DNA of 64,000 nucleotides from Hydrolagus colliei (lineage: Eukaryota). Shown piece after piece: positions 1 to 11,804 of this stretch. The stretch covers positions 7,998,001-8,062,000 of the forward strand of contig CM068757.1 in NCBI GenBank assembly GCA_035084275.1. The letters run 5' to 3'. Made by a program: the position numbers and the translations under genes. The notes beneath the pieces were generated by a model. It had not been told where the DNA came from. It worked only from the letters and a program-made list of their open reading frames with translations, and did not search any database. Each line of letters opens with the position of its first letter. The first letter of the stretch is position 1.

Positions 1-423
1 CACCTCTTAAACTCTGTTTTTCTGGCTGTGAGTGAATAATAAATGGAAATAGCTGCACAATTTAAATCAATATCCGTTGTATTTGTGCCTATGCACTGAA
101 TGCTTTTAGTTGTTCGTTCTTGCAGGGGAATTGTGTTTTTTCTTGTCTGGAATACACTTTGTTCAGGACTGGCAACTAATCTTCATCGTGACCTACATAG
201 AGCTGCTGTCTGTGTGTTCCACAAATTATTTTATCCAGTTAAGAGTCTGACAGGACAACAAATGTTTCTTTTTGATGGGTTGGGGGTGGGATGGGCGGGG
301 ATTGTTGTGGGCGATGAAGGGAGAAATATTCATAACCATTTTTTGTTTCTTTTTCTTCTCCACCTCACATATCCTGGACTAATCCAAGCTACTCATTTCC
401 TATTGGTATTGGTTGGAACACAG

Positions 424-602
424 ATTTGATTCCCGGGCAGGATAAAACATTCGGCAAGTTTCCTTACACTACACATCTCTGTTTACCTGTACACCTTGCA
501 GTAAGTAGGAACCTGGTTGTTAGTCGATTGATGGATTGCATTCTGGGGGTAATAATCCCTCCCCAAAAAATTTTTTAAAATTAATTTTGACTACTCAATC
601 CA
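424..602 (+). mobile_element. tRNA-derived SINE, long variant, truncated at both ends
   Basis: B-box-like gatttgattcccgggcagg, then ggcaagtttccttac and taataatccctc shared with other copies; extra internal segment ctctgtttacc...gcagtaagtaggaacc. Confidence 0.75.
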
Positions 603-1699
603 ACGAATCAATTGTCTGAATCTTACATGTGGAATCAGTCATCTGTTGAGTGCTTGAGCTTTTGGTAAGAACACGCACATTCAGACACACACATGTGCAA
701 CTGCTGAACTTCAGCGGTTCTGCACAACACTGCACAGTATCATAGTGCTCGAACGTTTAAAAAGGAGGCACACATTTCAATAAGGCAAAGCCCCTTCATA
801 ACAGCCGAGGATTACATTACATTTTCAAAGGTTTTTAAAGATAATATGATTGAATGGCAATAATAAACTTGTGGTCATACCAAAGCAGGGAGTTGAGGAT
901 AGGTTGGTTGATTGAAGATGTTGACCTGCTGATCTTATCCCTCAATAATATAGCTTATCCTTGTTCTCAGGCTGCAGCCCTGGCATTACTGGTTAATTAA
1001 CATATTTTGTCATTCTCCCCTAACTTCCCCCCCCACCCCCTCCACCCCACCGCCTTTGATTGTCCCAAATCTCTCTTAACAAGAGATCTACCTAGCAAAG
1101 CAATACAAATCCTCGTTCATATTTACTCTGCTTTGGTTTGTGTTCTATATTACATTTCCTCAACACAATGCTTTTTGAGAGAATTTCTGACTTAAAATAT
1201 ATCGGGTGAGGGCAGGGGGTGGTGCGGGGTGAAATTGACTTTTGTTTCCTCACTAGCAGCTCTGATCCTGTGATGAATACCATTAGGAAAGGTACCGCAG
1301 CATAATAAACACATTGAGTAGCAATGTAATAAGAGCCCTCTATGTGTGGGTTATTGCCTATATTTCTTCTCAAACAACCAAGACCAGAAGTGACATTATG
1401 AAAAAGCCTTCCAGCTAATTTGTGATCATTATTCATTGTACATTACAATACTGGAATCTGAAATACAGACAAACCTCATTAAAACAAGTTGTGTTATTAC
1501 ACAACTCAGGATTTGGCTGAAGTTCCATTGTAATCTAAAGAAGAGCCAGAACCTTGGGAATGTAGAAAAACAAGGTGAGTCCTTCCCTCCTCACAGACAA
1601 CCACCATGCTTTGCCGATCAGCTTGCCCAACATCAGTATAACTGAAGACAGAAGCTGACATGGGCAGGTTGCATGGCTGTGAGCCAATGAGTTCAATAT

Positions 1700-1992
1700 A
1701 ACAATCCCTGCATTCAATACAACGCCTTATTGCACTGTTGAAATTCTCAAAGCGCTATAACATGATTTATTGTAAAGTGTAATCACTGTGTAGTTTGAAG
1801 GTGAGTTCAGCAGCCAATCCTTACACTGTAATGTCCCATGTTGGTTTAATTTGACACGAAGGACGACACCTCCATCAATGCAGTAAATCCCCAGCAGTAA
1901 ACTGGAGCATCAACATATACCATACGTTCCAGGTCCCGACAAGGGGCTTGAACCTACAGCCTTCTGGCTCAGAGGAGTATCAACTGAGCCTG
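1700..1992 (-). mobile_element. DeuSINE/SacSINE1-like SINE, decayed
   Basis: Reverse complement starts ggctcagttgatactcctctgagccagaaggctgtaggttcaag, matching the heads at 2943, 30067 and 46092; decayed tail near 1700-1760. Confidence 0.65.
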
Positions 1993-2004
1993 GTTGAAAC
2001 AACA

Positions 2005-2400
2005 AGAGGCGCTGGACAATCAAGGATTTGGACATGACCTGGGGTTTGGGATCAAGAAGGGTGGAGGGCAGGGAGGGTGGGGCTAGGAGGGTTACCAAAG
2101 GTGCAAAAAGGAGGGTCCTGAGATGGGTCTTGAAGGAGGCAATGGAGGATAGGGGCGAGATGAAGCAACTGTGGGATCGAATTCAAAAGGGTGGGAGCAA
2201 AAAGGATAAAAACCTGGGCACTGATTTGGGGGCGGGCAGGACGGGGGACATGGAGTAAGCCAGAGTTCATTGAGTGGAGGGAGCAGAATAAGAGAAACAA
2301 ATAAAGAAAGCCACCTGGACCATGTAAATTGCTGGGCAACTTGGAATTCTTGATCTTGGGCACATATTGATTTTTCTGTATTCCACAGTCTTGCATCCCA
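2005..2400 (-). mobile_element. L2 LINE 3' fragment
   Basis: Minus-strand translation FAPTLLNSIPQLLHLAP resembles the L2 ORF2 C-terminal APxLWNSLP motif; similar to copies at 16265 and 34150. Confidence 0.7.
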
Positions 2401-2942
2401 GGACCCAGAATTGCAGGATTTTAACACTACTTGATGGATATTTTGCTTATTGTTGATTGGAGGGACTTTATTGGTGTGCGACTACACTCAGGAAATCACA
2501 TTATAAGGTCACACCACTTAGCGGCAAAACAAACATCAGTCCATATTTGCAACAGCAAATCCGCTTTAGGCTCCAATGTTTTCAGATGATACGTTGTGAT
2601 ATTTATAGTGTGAACACTTGCCCATGTCGTAATGCAACAGTATTGCATGCAATCTTGAATTTGCTCTGGACTGTACATTTATATGCCATGTATTCTGCTG
2701 TTGTTCTGTTTGTTGTCCCTTACGATTGGTTCAGCAACAACACAGAATGAAAAAAAACTTGTGTTCATTGACTCTGATAATTAGTTTAAGTATCATTTTC
2801 ACGCATTCATTGAGTGTGGTTTTGATAGCCTCACCATTTATTATCAGTAATCTGACCACACTGGCTACAAGAGAGGAAAGCTCTTACAAATGAAATAACT
2901 GCTTTTAGAATAAGGCTGAAGATAAAATGGTAGGTGGTGTCA

Positions 2943-3072
2943 ATGTCAGTTTGGCTCAGTTGGTAATACTCTTGCTTCTCAGTCAGAAGGTTCCTAGTTC
3001 AAACCTCATCTGAGCTCTCTATGTGCGTATTGGAGTTTCCATCGGGTTAAACATTCAACCATGGTCCTGTCT
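2943..3072 (+). mobile_element. DeuSINE-like SINE 5' fragment
   Basis: tgtcagtttggctcagttggtaatactcttgcttctcagtcagaaggtt head shared with 9202, 30067 and 46092. Confidence 0.7.
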
Positions 3073-5120
3073 TTTTTAAAACAATTTCCACTCAATTGCC
3101 ATTTGTAACTTCCTAAAGGGTTGGAACCTTAAATAGCACAGGTTAAGATCCTTGCATTTAATACACCACCGATGGGGAGGATGCTTCAAAGTGCTTCACG
3201 GCCCCCCCCCCCAACACTGCATATAAACATGTAGATTGAACCAACAACCTTTTAACTCATAGATGGGAGTGGTGCCAACCTGGTTTAGCTGACACCTGGC
3301 TAGATAGATGCATAATAAAATGTCCTCAGACATTGCTTCAAAAAACAGTCAAAACACACCTGTGCCTACTGTGCTTTTCGGACTGGTAGCAAACAAACAG
3401 CAGCTGTCTGTGACTCTAGCCACATTAGGAAAGGTTAATGCATGTCTGTTGTCTTCTTTGTGCTCAGAGAGTAGAGAACGTCTCTCTTTATGTTAAGTGT
3501 CCTCAAAGAAACTGCAATAAAGCAACACACAGACTCAATCTTGGAAGGCGAAAGGGGAAGACAACGATAGATTTTGCCACCAAATTCAAAAAGGACTTTG
3601 ATGATGCAGTTTGGCGAATAAATCGAATGAGTTGTATGTGAGGTGGAATAGTTATTCATTTAATTTTTTACTTTGGAGTAAGTCAGAAGGGCTCATTGGA
3701 CTTTAAAAAAAATGTTTCTGTACATTACAATGTCAGTGCTAGGAAATGCCTAATGATAAGTCAGCTTCAAGGCAAGACTCCTTTTATTTCAATGCCGCAG
3801 TAGGCTCAATCCCAGACCTCTTGTGGCTTTTCTGAGGGAGATTACCAACTCGGACAAATCAGAGACTGTTACGTGTGTGTGTCTCTCTCTGTGTGTCTCT
3901 GGTTCTGTGTGTGATGTTCAGCCCTGAGAGGCAGGAGGTGGTAAGCACCTGTTGCTTTGCAGTCCTGAGTGTCTGTTGTTTGGCGGATCTCCAGACTTTT
4001 CTACCTGTGATGGTGTCCGCCCCACCTCCAAAACGGGCCACCTGGTTTTTTAATATGTGTTATTTCCTCATGTTTAGTTTCTACCAATAAAGTGAAAAAA
4101 GTAAGTTGGCATTGCAATGTAGCTGAATAGCACCCAGCGACTCTCCGTAATTTCCCACAAATTTGTCAAATTTCCCCGCAATTTTAGGCAAATATTTCCG
4201 CGCTTTTCTCTTGGCCCAGATGGTGAGTCACTCCAGAATAGCTCAGAAAGTGACACCCAGATTCACTTGGTGCTTTAAAGTGCACGTAATTGCATGTAAT
4301 TATTGTTAATGCTTCTCGTTTGCTTTTCCAGCCTGCTCAGTGATGTAGGTCTGTTGTGATCACTGGTACACTCATCTACGTCTCTGCTGTGGTGGTAGGT
4401 GGATGGGCCTAGCTGGTGGTCCAGCCGGAAAATATGTTTGTAATTTCTGGAGGACTATATATTTTACCCAAGCTGGAATACTGCTTAATGTGTGACTAAC
4501 TCCTTTCTAGTCCAGGCTTTTAACTGCTACACAGCCCAGCATATGAAATTACAGCTCGGGATTTGGATTCATTTGATTTAAGTCACAGCCTCCAAATCCC
4601 GGATATGTACGCAAGTTCAGCTATAATACTGTACTTTTTTAATGTAGATTAAGGATCTCTGGAAATTTTTTATATAAGCAGTGTCATTTTGCCTTCAGAA
4701 TACGTCTACATTAAAAAAAAACTTTACGTTTGGCAACAACCAGAGCCCACGGCAGGGAATGGGGATTGGTGTTGGGTTCTAATCAGACAGTGAGCAAAAG
4801 TGACCAGATTATCCCAGACAATCTCTGAGACATTTTTGGGGGTTATTGAAACAATGGCAGCCATAAATCCAATTGAACAGTTTCTGTATTGAATTTAAGT
4901 GAAGAAGCTTTACTCCTGGCTACAGGAGCTTTTTTTTTATATTGCACTGTATTGTACCCCGAGTGTGCTCTTCCATTGTGAGCTAAGTGTGCTGTCCAAC
5001 TGTAATGCGAAGTGGAATCAACCACAGATCACCCCTACTCAAATCACATGGTACAAAGGGACTTTAGCTCTAATCACCTTTAGAGATTCAGTGGCAGGGA
5101 TCTACCATCTGTTACTGACA

Positions 5121-5174
5121 GCATTAGGAAACAGAAGTCACTAAATGCATCAGGAAACAGAAGTCACTAAATGC
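5121..5174. repeat. 26-bp tandem duplication
   Basis: gcat(t/c)aggaaacagaagtcactaaat occurs twice, with one mismatch. Confidence 0.95.
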
Positions 5175-5565
5175 AAAATAGCGTAAAACCAAAAGGGAAT
5201 TAGACAACTATTTGGGACTGAAATGTATGCAGGGGTAGGAGACAAGCAAGAGTATAATGAAGGATTTTTTTTTACTTTGGGATCAGCCAGATAGCTTTCC
5301 TGTTCTTTTTTGTGACCACTTTCCCACCAACTCCGCTGACACATCTATGGAGAATAACACAGAGTAGAGTGTGTTTTAAGGACTTCATACATCTCGTGGG
5401 TCATGATAATAATGGCGATTCAATGGGATTGAAGTTAATGTGGTTTGACAGTGCTGTCTCCACTCCTGAGATGTATTGCATCTTAAAACACACTCAAGTC
5501 CATATGACAACCTTTGTATATTTTAGGATTTGAAACGGTTTCTAACTTTTTACAATATTTCAAGA

Positions 5566-5603
5566 TTAAGTTGAATGGTGTTATTCAACACCATTCAACT
5601 TAA
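5566..5603. repeat. Perfect 17-bp inverted repeat with 4-nt loop
   Basis: ttaagttgaatggtgtt-attc-aacaccattcaacttaa. Confidence 0.95.
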
Positions 5604-5870
5604 ACCCTGGAGTGCCATGAGTGCCATCCTGCAGATATCACATTGCCACTCAGGGAGCTTTCTGAGCTCAAAGTAAAGCAAGACAGATTATAAAATTATA
5701 ATACTGAAGAATAAAACCAAAAAATAGAATTTTCAATAACACTTTAAAACCTGGAATGGCTGCTTTTCTTAACCTTGTTTTATCCAACACGATAGGACTT
5801 GCAAATGCTCATTGTTGCAGTCAGCCTCTTTAAATCAAGAAAATTCTTCACAACTTTTTCCTTGAAAAAA

Positions 5871-6080
5871 GGGCCTGAAATTCCACGGCTGAATGGACTT
5901 TCTCTTAAAATAGCAGAATTGTGGAAAAATCTTAAATTCAAGTTTTGTTTGCAAATTGTTTTTCCACAATTCTTAAAAAGCTTTCGCCTTAACGTTGAAT
6001 TGAAGAATTACAGTACTGTGCAATCCTAGAGTTTTAAACAGAATAGTCTTGTAGGCTGAGATGAGGTGGAATTTCGGACC
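5871..6080. mobile_element. Palindromic MITE (GG..GAAATTCC TIR family)
   Basis: Termini gggcctgaaattccac and gtggaatttcggacc; internal perfect 15-bp inverted repeat agaattgtggaaaaa (5915-5929) / tttttccacaattct (5959-5973). Confidence 0.6.
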
Positions 6081-7311
6081 AAACATCTAAACAGAAAATA
6101 TGCTTAACAACAGTAAGACTTAAAAAGAATCAGTGGAAATCTCCAGTACATATTCTAAATAATAGCCTAGAATAGCGTGATTTGAAGCCTATAATCCTGG
6201 GTTTCAGATGATGTTCTTACGCTTTTTTGAGTGAGATTCTTGCGGTTTATGACACTGGCCGAACCTCTCAATTGGATTACATCTTTGTAATTGCTCCCTG
6301 TTATCCATTATTCTAGATTTCTACCACATGTGTGGAGGCTCCAGTTGTGATTTATTTCCTGGGGTTTATTTCTCCCAAAGCCATTGCTGGAACTACAGGC
6401 AAAACCCGATACACTTGCAACATCGAGACACCACGAATTTGTGATCTCGAAGTGCTGGGTGATCGGGCCAGTTTTGTCTTGCTCTTGCTAATCCTGCAAA
6501 GGCTCACATTTCTCATTTAAAATTGAGTTTCGAACAGACAAGACTGCACTGGTTTCATTTGAACAGAGCTAGAATGCATGCTTTCTGATGTTATCACAAT
6601 ACCAACGAGGAATCTCGACGCGTAACAGTTGGCTGAGGTTTAGCCCACTTCTCTAGGCACAACTAGAGGTAGATATTATTCTCCCCTGATCACTTAGAAC
6701 TTCATCCAATGTGGTGGACATTAGTACAAAGTCCATTGTTAACTAGTGCTAGTGTTGCCAGATCTTCTTCCAGCGACCCTCTGTCTTGAGTCAGGCAGAA
6801 AAGTCAGATTAGTCATCCACTAAAACTATTTTTGGTCATTTGGACATTCTTATACACACATAGTTGACTTACGCAAGTGGACCTCTCAATCTGGTTTGGA
6901 TACTCTGAAGGATGGTGATGGGTGTCAGATACGTGTCAGACACTCAATAAAAATTACATACAGTATCTCAATGCAGGGATATGCTTCTCTGAGTCCCATT
7001 GTAAAGATTTCAATGCCACCACAATCATGTGGTGTTCACAATCAAGCTATTGATTCCATTGTCAGGTACGAACTACCACCTCATACCGAACATCAAACGT
7101 GCGACAAAATTGGATGAATTGTTATCTCACTACAAAACATTGTGCAAACCCAAAGATAAGTGCATCATAAGTGGGAGGATTGTCTGTAAATCAGTACCAT
7201 ATTATAACTGGTCTTATGAATGTTGGGTTCCAAAGCTCGCAAAGTGGGAGATGAATATAGATGTGTATCTTTTCAATTGCTGAGCTCCTTTTCCTATCCT
7301 AGTAATATCTG

Positions 7312-7675
7312 TGTCAGTTTAGCTCAGTTATTATCACTTCCAGGCTCTACGATAGAATATTGTGGATTTGAGCCACGCTTTAGGATTAATAATCCAATTT
7401 GGCATTCCAGGGCAGGTATGGGGAAAGCTCTACATTGTCAGACGAGCAATGTTTATGGGCGAGATGTTTAACTGAGGTCCAATCTTGCCTGTTCAGGTGG
7501 GCATTGAGGATATCACAACACTATTCAAAACGGGAGGAGAATTTTTCCTGGCATACCAGCCATCATATAAAACCATCATTATGTCTCACGGTAATTTGGT
7601 GCATCATTTATGATAAAAAAATAATAATAGTTCTCAACAGTGATGAGGTGATATAAGAAAGCAAATCGTTTCTTT
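7312..7675 (+). mobile_element. DeuSINE-like SINE, decayed, near full length
   Basis: Head tgtcagtttagctcagtt; central gatgtttaactgagg...tgcctgttcaggtgg...cactattcaaa shared with the 46092 copy. Confidence 0.65.
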
Positions 7676-8339
7676 CTGTATTGCAGCCAGCAATAGAGAA
7701 TGTGGGCAATTGCAACAGTACGAGTGGTGATATCACAGACTTCTTAGCTTGTGCTCAACTAATGTGCAGGTACTGTACTGTGTGAAACTGGCAGGATGCT
7801 TAGTGATGTGATTTGCTATATCAACCTGATAGATTATTATTATTAATAATGTGAGCTACACCACCCAAAAAGACTGTGGTAATGGGAAACCCCCCTTGAA
7901 GTAATGCCTGCATTTTTGTTGGCTGATTCACATAATGAATTTCAAAGGTCAAGTAAACTTAGAAGAATGATTTTGCCATGTGTCACCATTGCGATATCCT
8001 CAATCTGGAGTGTTTATTTCTATGTCTCTTTCGAATACGGTTAAAATGGAAAACTTGAAGCTGTGTGACAGAGGGGAATTTCTAACATAACGGCTTTGTT
8101 TGCAATTTATTGGCACACTCAGAGTTTTCGTAAGCAACTTGTGAGCGACAACTTGGATCCTACTACTCCAAAGTTAACGATAAAAGCCTATCTGAGGCTG
8201 TAGCTGACATTCCAATCGGCCTAGTTTATGAGCACCCAGGACATTACAGTCAGATGTGCTTGTCAAGTATCTTTCTTGTAAAGTACATTTCTGTGGACAA
8301 GAGGGCTTCAGCAGAAGAGAATGAGAATGAGAACATAAG

Positions 8340-8530
8340 AATAATCATCATAATAATCCTTGCCTTTGACGTTGTACCTCATCATATTGTCAAAACGTCT
8401 CAAAGTGCTTCACAGGACATACCATAAAGCGGATTGAGTGTGAATTTTGTGGACGCAGTGCGGCAGCCAGTTATGCACAGCAATGGCCCACAAACAGTCA
8501 CAGGAATGAGTAAACAATTTTATTTGGGGG
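8340..8530 (-). mobile_element. tRNA-derived SINE 3' half
   Basis: taataatccttgc...ctcaaagtgcttcacag...gcagccagttatgcacagcaatggcccacaaacagtc. Confidence 0.8.
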
Positions 8531-9201
8531 CAATTGCTGGGGGAAAGAAAATAAGGCAACGTTAAATTAAAGATACTTTTAGTTGATGGGTTCTAAGTGT
8601 TGAAGGTTGCCTGCAGAAAGCTTGACTGAATGTATTTATTTATTTGATGCTTTGAAATGAGAAAAAAAAAGACGTTTCCCTTTCACAACCTGACAGGAGT
8701 ACATGATTAAGACATTCACTGCCATCCAAGGCAATCCAAACTCTTATAAATTATTCCATACGCTTTACTTTCTTGTCAAATTCCAGATTTAATGAAGAAA
8801 TACAAAATTATACATCACAGCCTGCTTGCATTTATTTACAAAGCTGGGGATTTCAGTGGAGCTCCACATTTCTTGGCCATCATGGTTCATTCTCCCAACC
8901 TTCTTAGATAAAGAGCTTATTTACTTCCTCCTTTCATGTACTGTACTTGTCAAGTGGAAACATGCACGAGTACAAAATAAACACTGCACACATTAATAAA
9001 TCCCACAATATTGGTTCGAAATTATAATTTTTGTGTATGTACTTTTTAAATGAGAATTTTATTGTTATTTGAAGGCCAGATATTCATCCAAGCTTTCCAG
9101 AATACTGTATATGTGAAGCATATAATCATGTGTAAATGTACTCAATCCTTTCTCTGTTAAAGTCTGCACTTTGTTTGCCAATTTCATTTATTTAAGTCAA
9201 A

Positions 9202-9715
9202 ATGTCAGCTTGGCTCAGTTGCCATGACTGAATCAAGAAGTTTGGAGACTTGAACTCATAATCTACCTAGACTGACATGAAGTGTTGATTGGGATAGTGC
9301 ATTGGAGGAGGTGCTGTCTTTCAGATGAGATATGTGCACGGACACAATAATAATAATAATAATCCTTGCATTTGATATAGTGCTTTTTACGTCTTCTGGA
9401 TGTCTCAAAGTGCTTCAAAGAATATATTGTAAAGTGAATTGACTGTATATTTGTGGGTGAAATGCGGCAGCCAATTGCGCACAGCTGTGTCCCACAAACA
9501 GTCGTGGATTGAGTGACCCAATTTTTTTTTAGGAGGGATTATTATTAGGCATGTGGAGTAGGAAAACTTACCCAAGGTTTTGCCCTGCTGGGAATCGAAC
9601 CCAGGTCTCTTATTTGCGAGGCGAGTGCTCCAACCACTGAGCTACAGGACTCTACAATGACGATATTCAACAGGAGAAGGTAGTTCCTTCCTGTAATCAG
9701 CCCAGCAATCCTCCA
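9202..9715 (+). mobile_element. DeuSINE-like SINE interrupted by a younger SINE
   Basis: Head tgtcagcttggctcagttg; core ggaggtgctgtctttcagatgaga up to about 9335; decayed continuation after 9655. Confidence 0.6.
9346..9653 (-). mobile_element. tRNA-derived SINE, full length (SINE2-1_CM-like)
   Basis: Minus strand: gagtcctgtagctcagtggttggagcactcgc (A box) ... ctgggttcgattccc (B box) ... tatatcaaatgcaagg(att)n tail. Confidence 0.92.
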
Positions 9716-10576
9716 GATAGACTGACATTCACCTCCTCACTGATTGTGAGACCTTACAGGTACTAGTTTCTACTTGCGTTTTCAGGAAGAAACACACATT
9801 ATCCTCATCAGGAATTCCCTTTGTAGTGCCGTGAGGTGTTTCCAATGCGTTTTGATAAGCCGCTGCTCTTTGATTCAGCCAGAATGATCCTAAATTTGAC
9901 CACGGACTCATCAAAGAAATGGTAGAATCCTGCTCTCCCTGGCAGTAGTTACACTAACATCCTGCACTGGCGTTAATGGGTCACTTATTTTAAACACTTC
10001 GCCAAACACAGTGCTGCTAACTGCACTTCACTCTTGTCAACCATTTACAGAACTTAAGTTAATGGTGCAATCAAGGCACTAAACTAAGCACGACATGACA
10101 TTTCTGTTGCATTTAGTTATAAACTCCATTCGAGTTGAGATTTTAAGCAGTACCTTTCTGGGATCTGAAATCAGAAATGGAAAACTGTTTAACTTAATAT
10201 AAGCGAGCAATAGTACGCATGCCTTTGGAGTTGGATTTAGATTCTGTTACAATTCAAATGCTGTAATTTTATAAACATTACCTTCTGGAAAGTTGAGGGT
10301 GCAGTGTAGTAAAACATAACAGGCATATCCCTCTACTAGTCAATCCCATAGTTGGTTTCAGATTTTTAATATATATATAGAGAGAGCTGAAAGAGATTTG
10401 AATGAAATGCACTTAATATGTATATAGTATCTAAATTATGATGCGGGTATGTTTTTGATCTCCTTTGTGCTGTAGAAAATATGAACAGTATCTTAACATG
10501 ATTGCTTGCAAAAAAATGTTTGTGGTATAGTCTAATTCATGACAATGTGGTCCTACTGAAACAAGCAAAAAATGAC

Positions 10577-10670
10577 AATAATAATCCTTACATTTGATAT
10601 AGTGCTTTCACAAAGGGAGGACATCTCAATTCGCTTCACAGGATATATTGTAAAGTGGGTTAACTGTGTT
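10577..10670 (-). mobile_element. tRNA-derived SINE tail fragment
   Basis: aataataatccttacatttgatatagtgctttcac...gcttcacaggatatattgtaaagtg. Confidence 0.8.
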
Positions 10671-11004
10671 TGGTGACATCTTTCCCTTTGATAAGATTGA
10701 TCATTAACGCCCGATGTGGTTTAATACTTTTTGCTGCTTCGTCTATATTACAGATTTTTTCATGACTTCCTCCTAACATCTTTAATGAGCTAATGTGGCT
10801 CTTTCATCCTCCCAAGTGATTGTCATCCCAGCATTTTTTAAATGTAGGAAAATCAGGAATTCAGCTAAACTATTTGTCAGTATGAATTCACAATATCCTG
10901 TTCTTGTTTTACATGTTTTACTAACAGAGAATGTTTGGGTCCAAAGTACATGGCCAAGAATTTATTGTTTATTAGTCGCTGAATGTTTGATGACTTAATA
11001 AAAA

Positions 11005-11311
11005 CAATAATAATCCTTGCATTTGATATAGTGCTTTTCACGTCTTCTAGACTTCTCAAAGCGCTTCACAGAATATACTGTAAAGTCAATCGACTGTATA
11101 TTTGTGGGCGAAACACGGCAGCCAATTGCATACAGCAATGTCCCACAAACAGTCGTTGATTGATTGACCAAATTATTATTGCTTTTTTTTGAGGGATTAT
11201 TATTAGGCATGTTGAGTAAGGAAACTTGCCCAAGGTTTTGTCCTGGCGGGAATCGAATTCAAGTCTCTCACTTGCGAGGTGAGTGATCTAACCACTGACC
11301 TATGGGACTGC
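11005..11311 (-). mobile_element. tRNA-derived SINE, full length
   Basis: Colinear with 9346-9653; an L2-type tail remnant (acaacttgaatttatatagcaccc) follows at about 11321-11385. Confidence 0.92.
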
Positions 11312-11804
11312 ACAAAGTTACAATAACAACAATAACAACTTGAATTTATATAGCACCCTTAAATCAGGATAGCATCTCAGAGCACATGGATTTAGTGTAT
11401 TCTTTGAATAGAGTAATTTGTTTCAAATGGCTTCCCTCAGTACAAACCTTCACATAGGTTTGAAATTAATGATTCTGGATGACATTAGCCTTTCTAGCTA
11501 TCAATGCTATTCCCATAACCTATTGCCACAGGGCATTTACTCTAATAACATCATTAACAGTAAGTCATGGGGCTGGTCAATGGGTTAATTTTAAGCTGTA
11601 AAACAAATCAGGATTTTGAAGCTGACGCTATGTACTCCAGTGTCATTACTGTCATTTAACACTGAGAACACTATGGACTAAAATAACTGAGAGCAATATT
11701 ATTGAGCTCTTATAGTCATACAATGGCTACTATAAACTGTATTAATGTCATAGAACCTCATTCTGAATTTTATTCACTTATCTGCTCTCTATTTTGCATG
11801 ATGG

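Noticed and set aside
3438-3641. Cytokine-like (IL-4/13-type) exon
   Set aside because: Only a vague resemblance; I could not build a consistent exon structure or conserved motif set.
6900-7290. LINE endonuclease remnant (KDFNATTIMW resembling GDFN...W)
   Set aside because: A single degenerate motif; too weak to annotate without a profile search.
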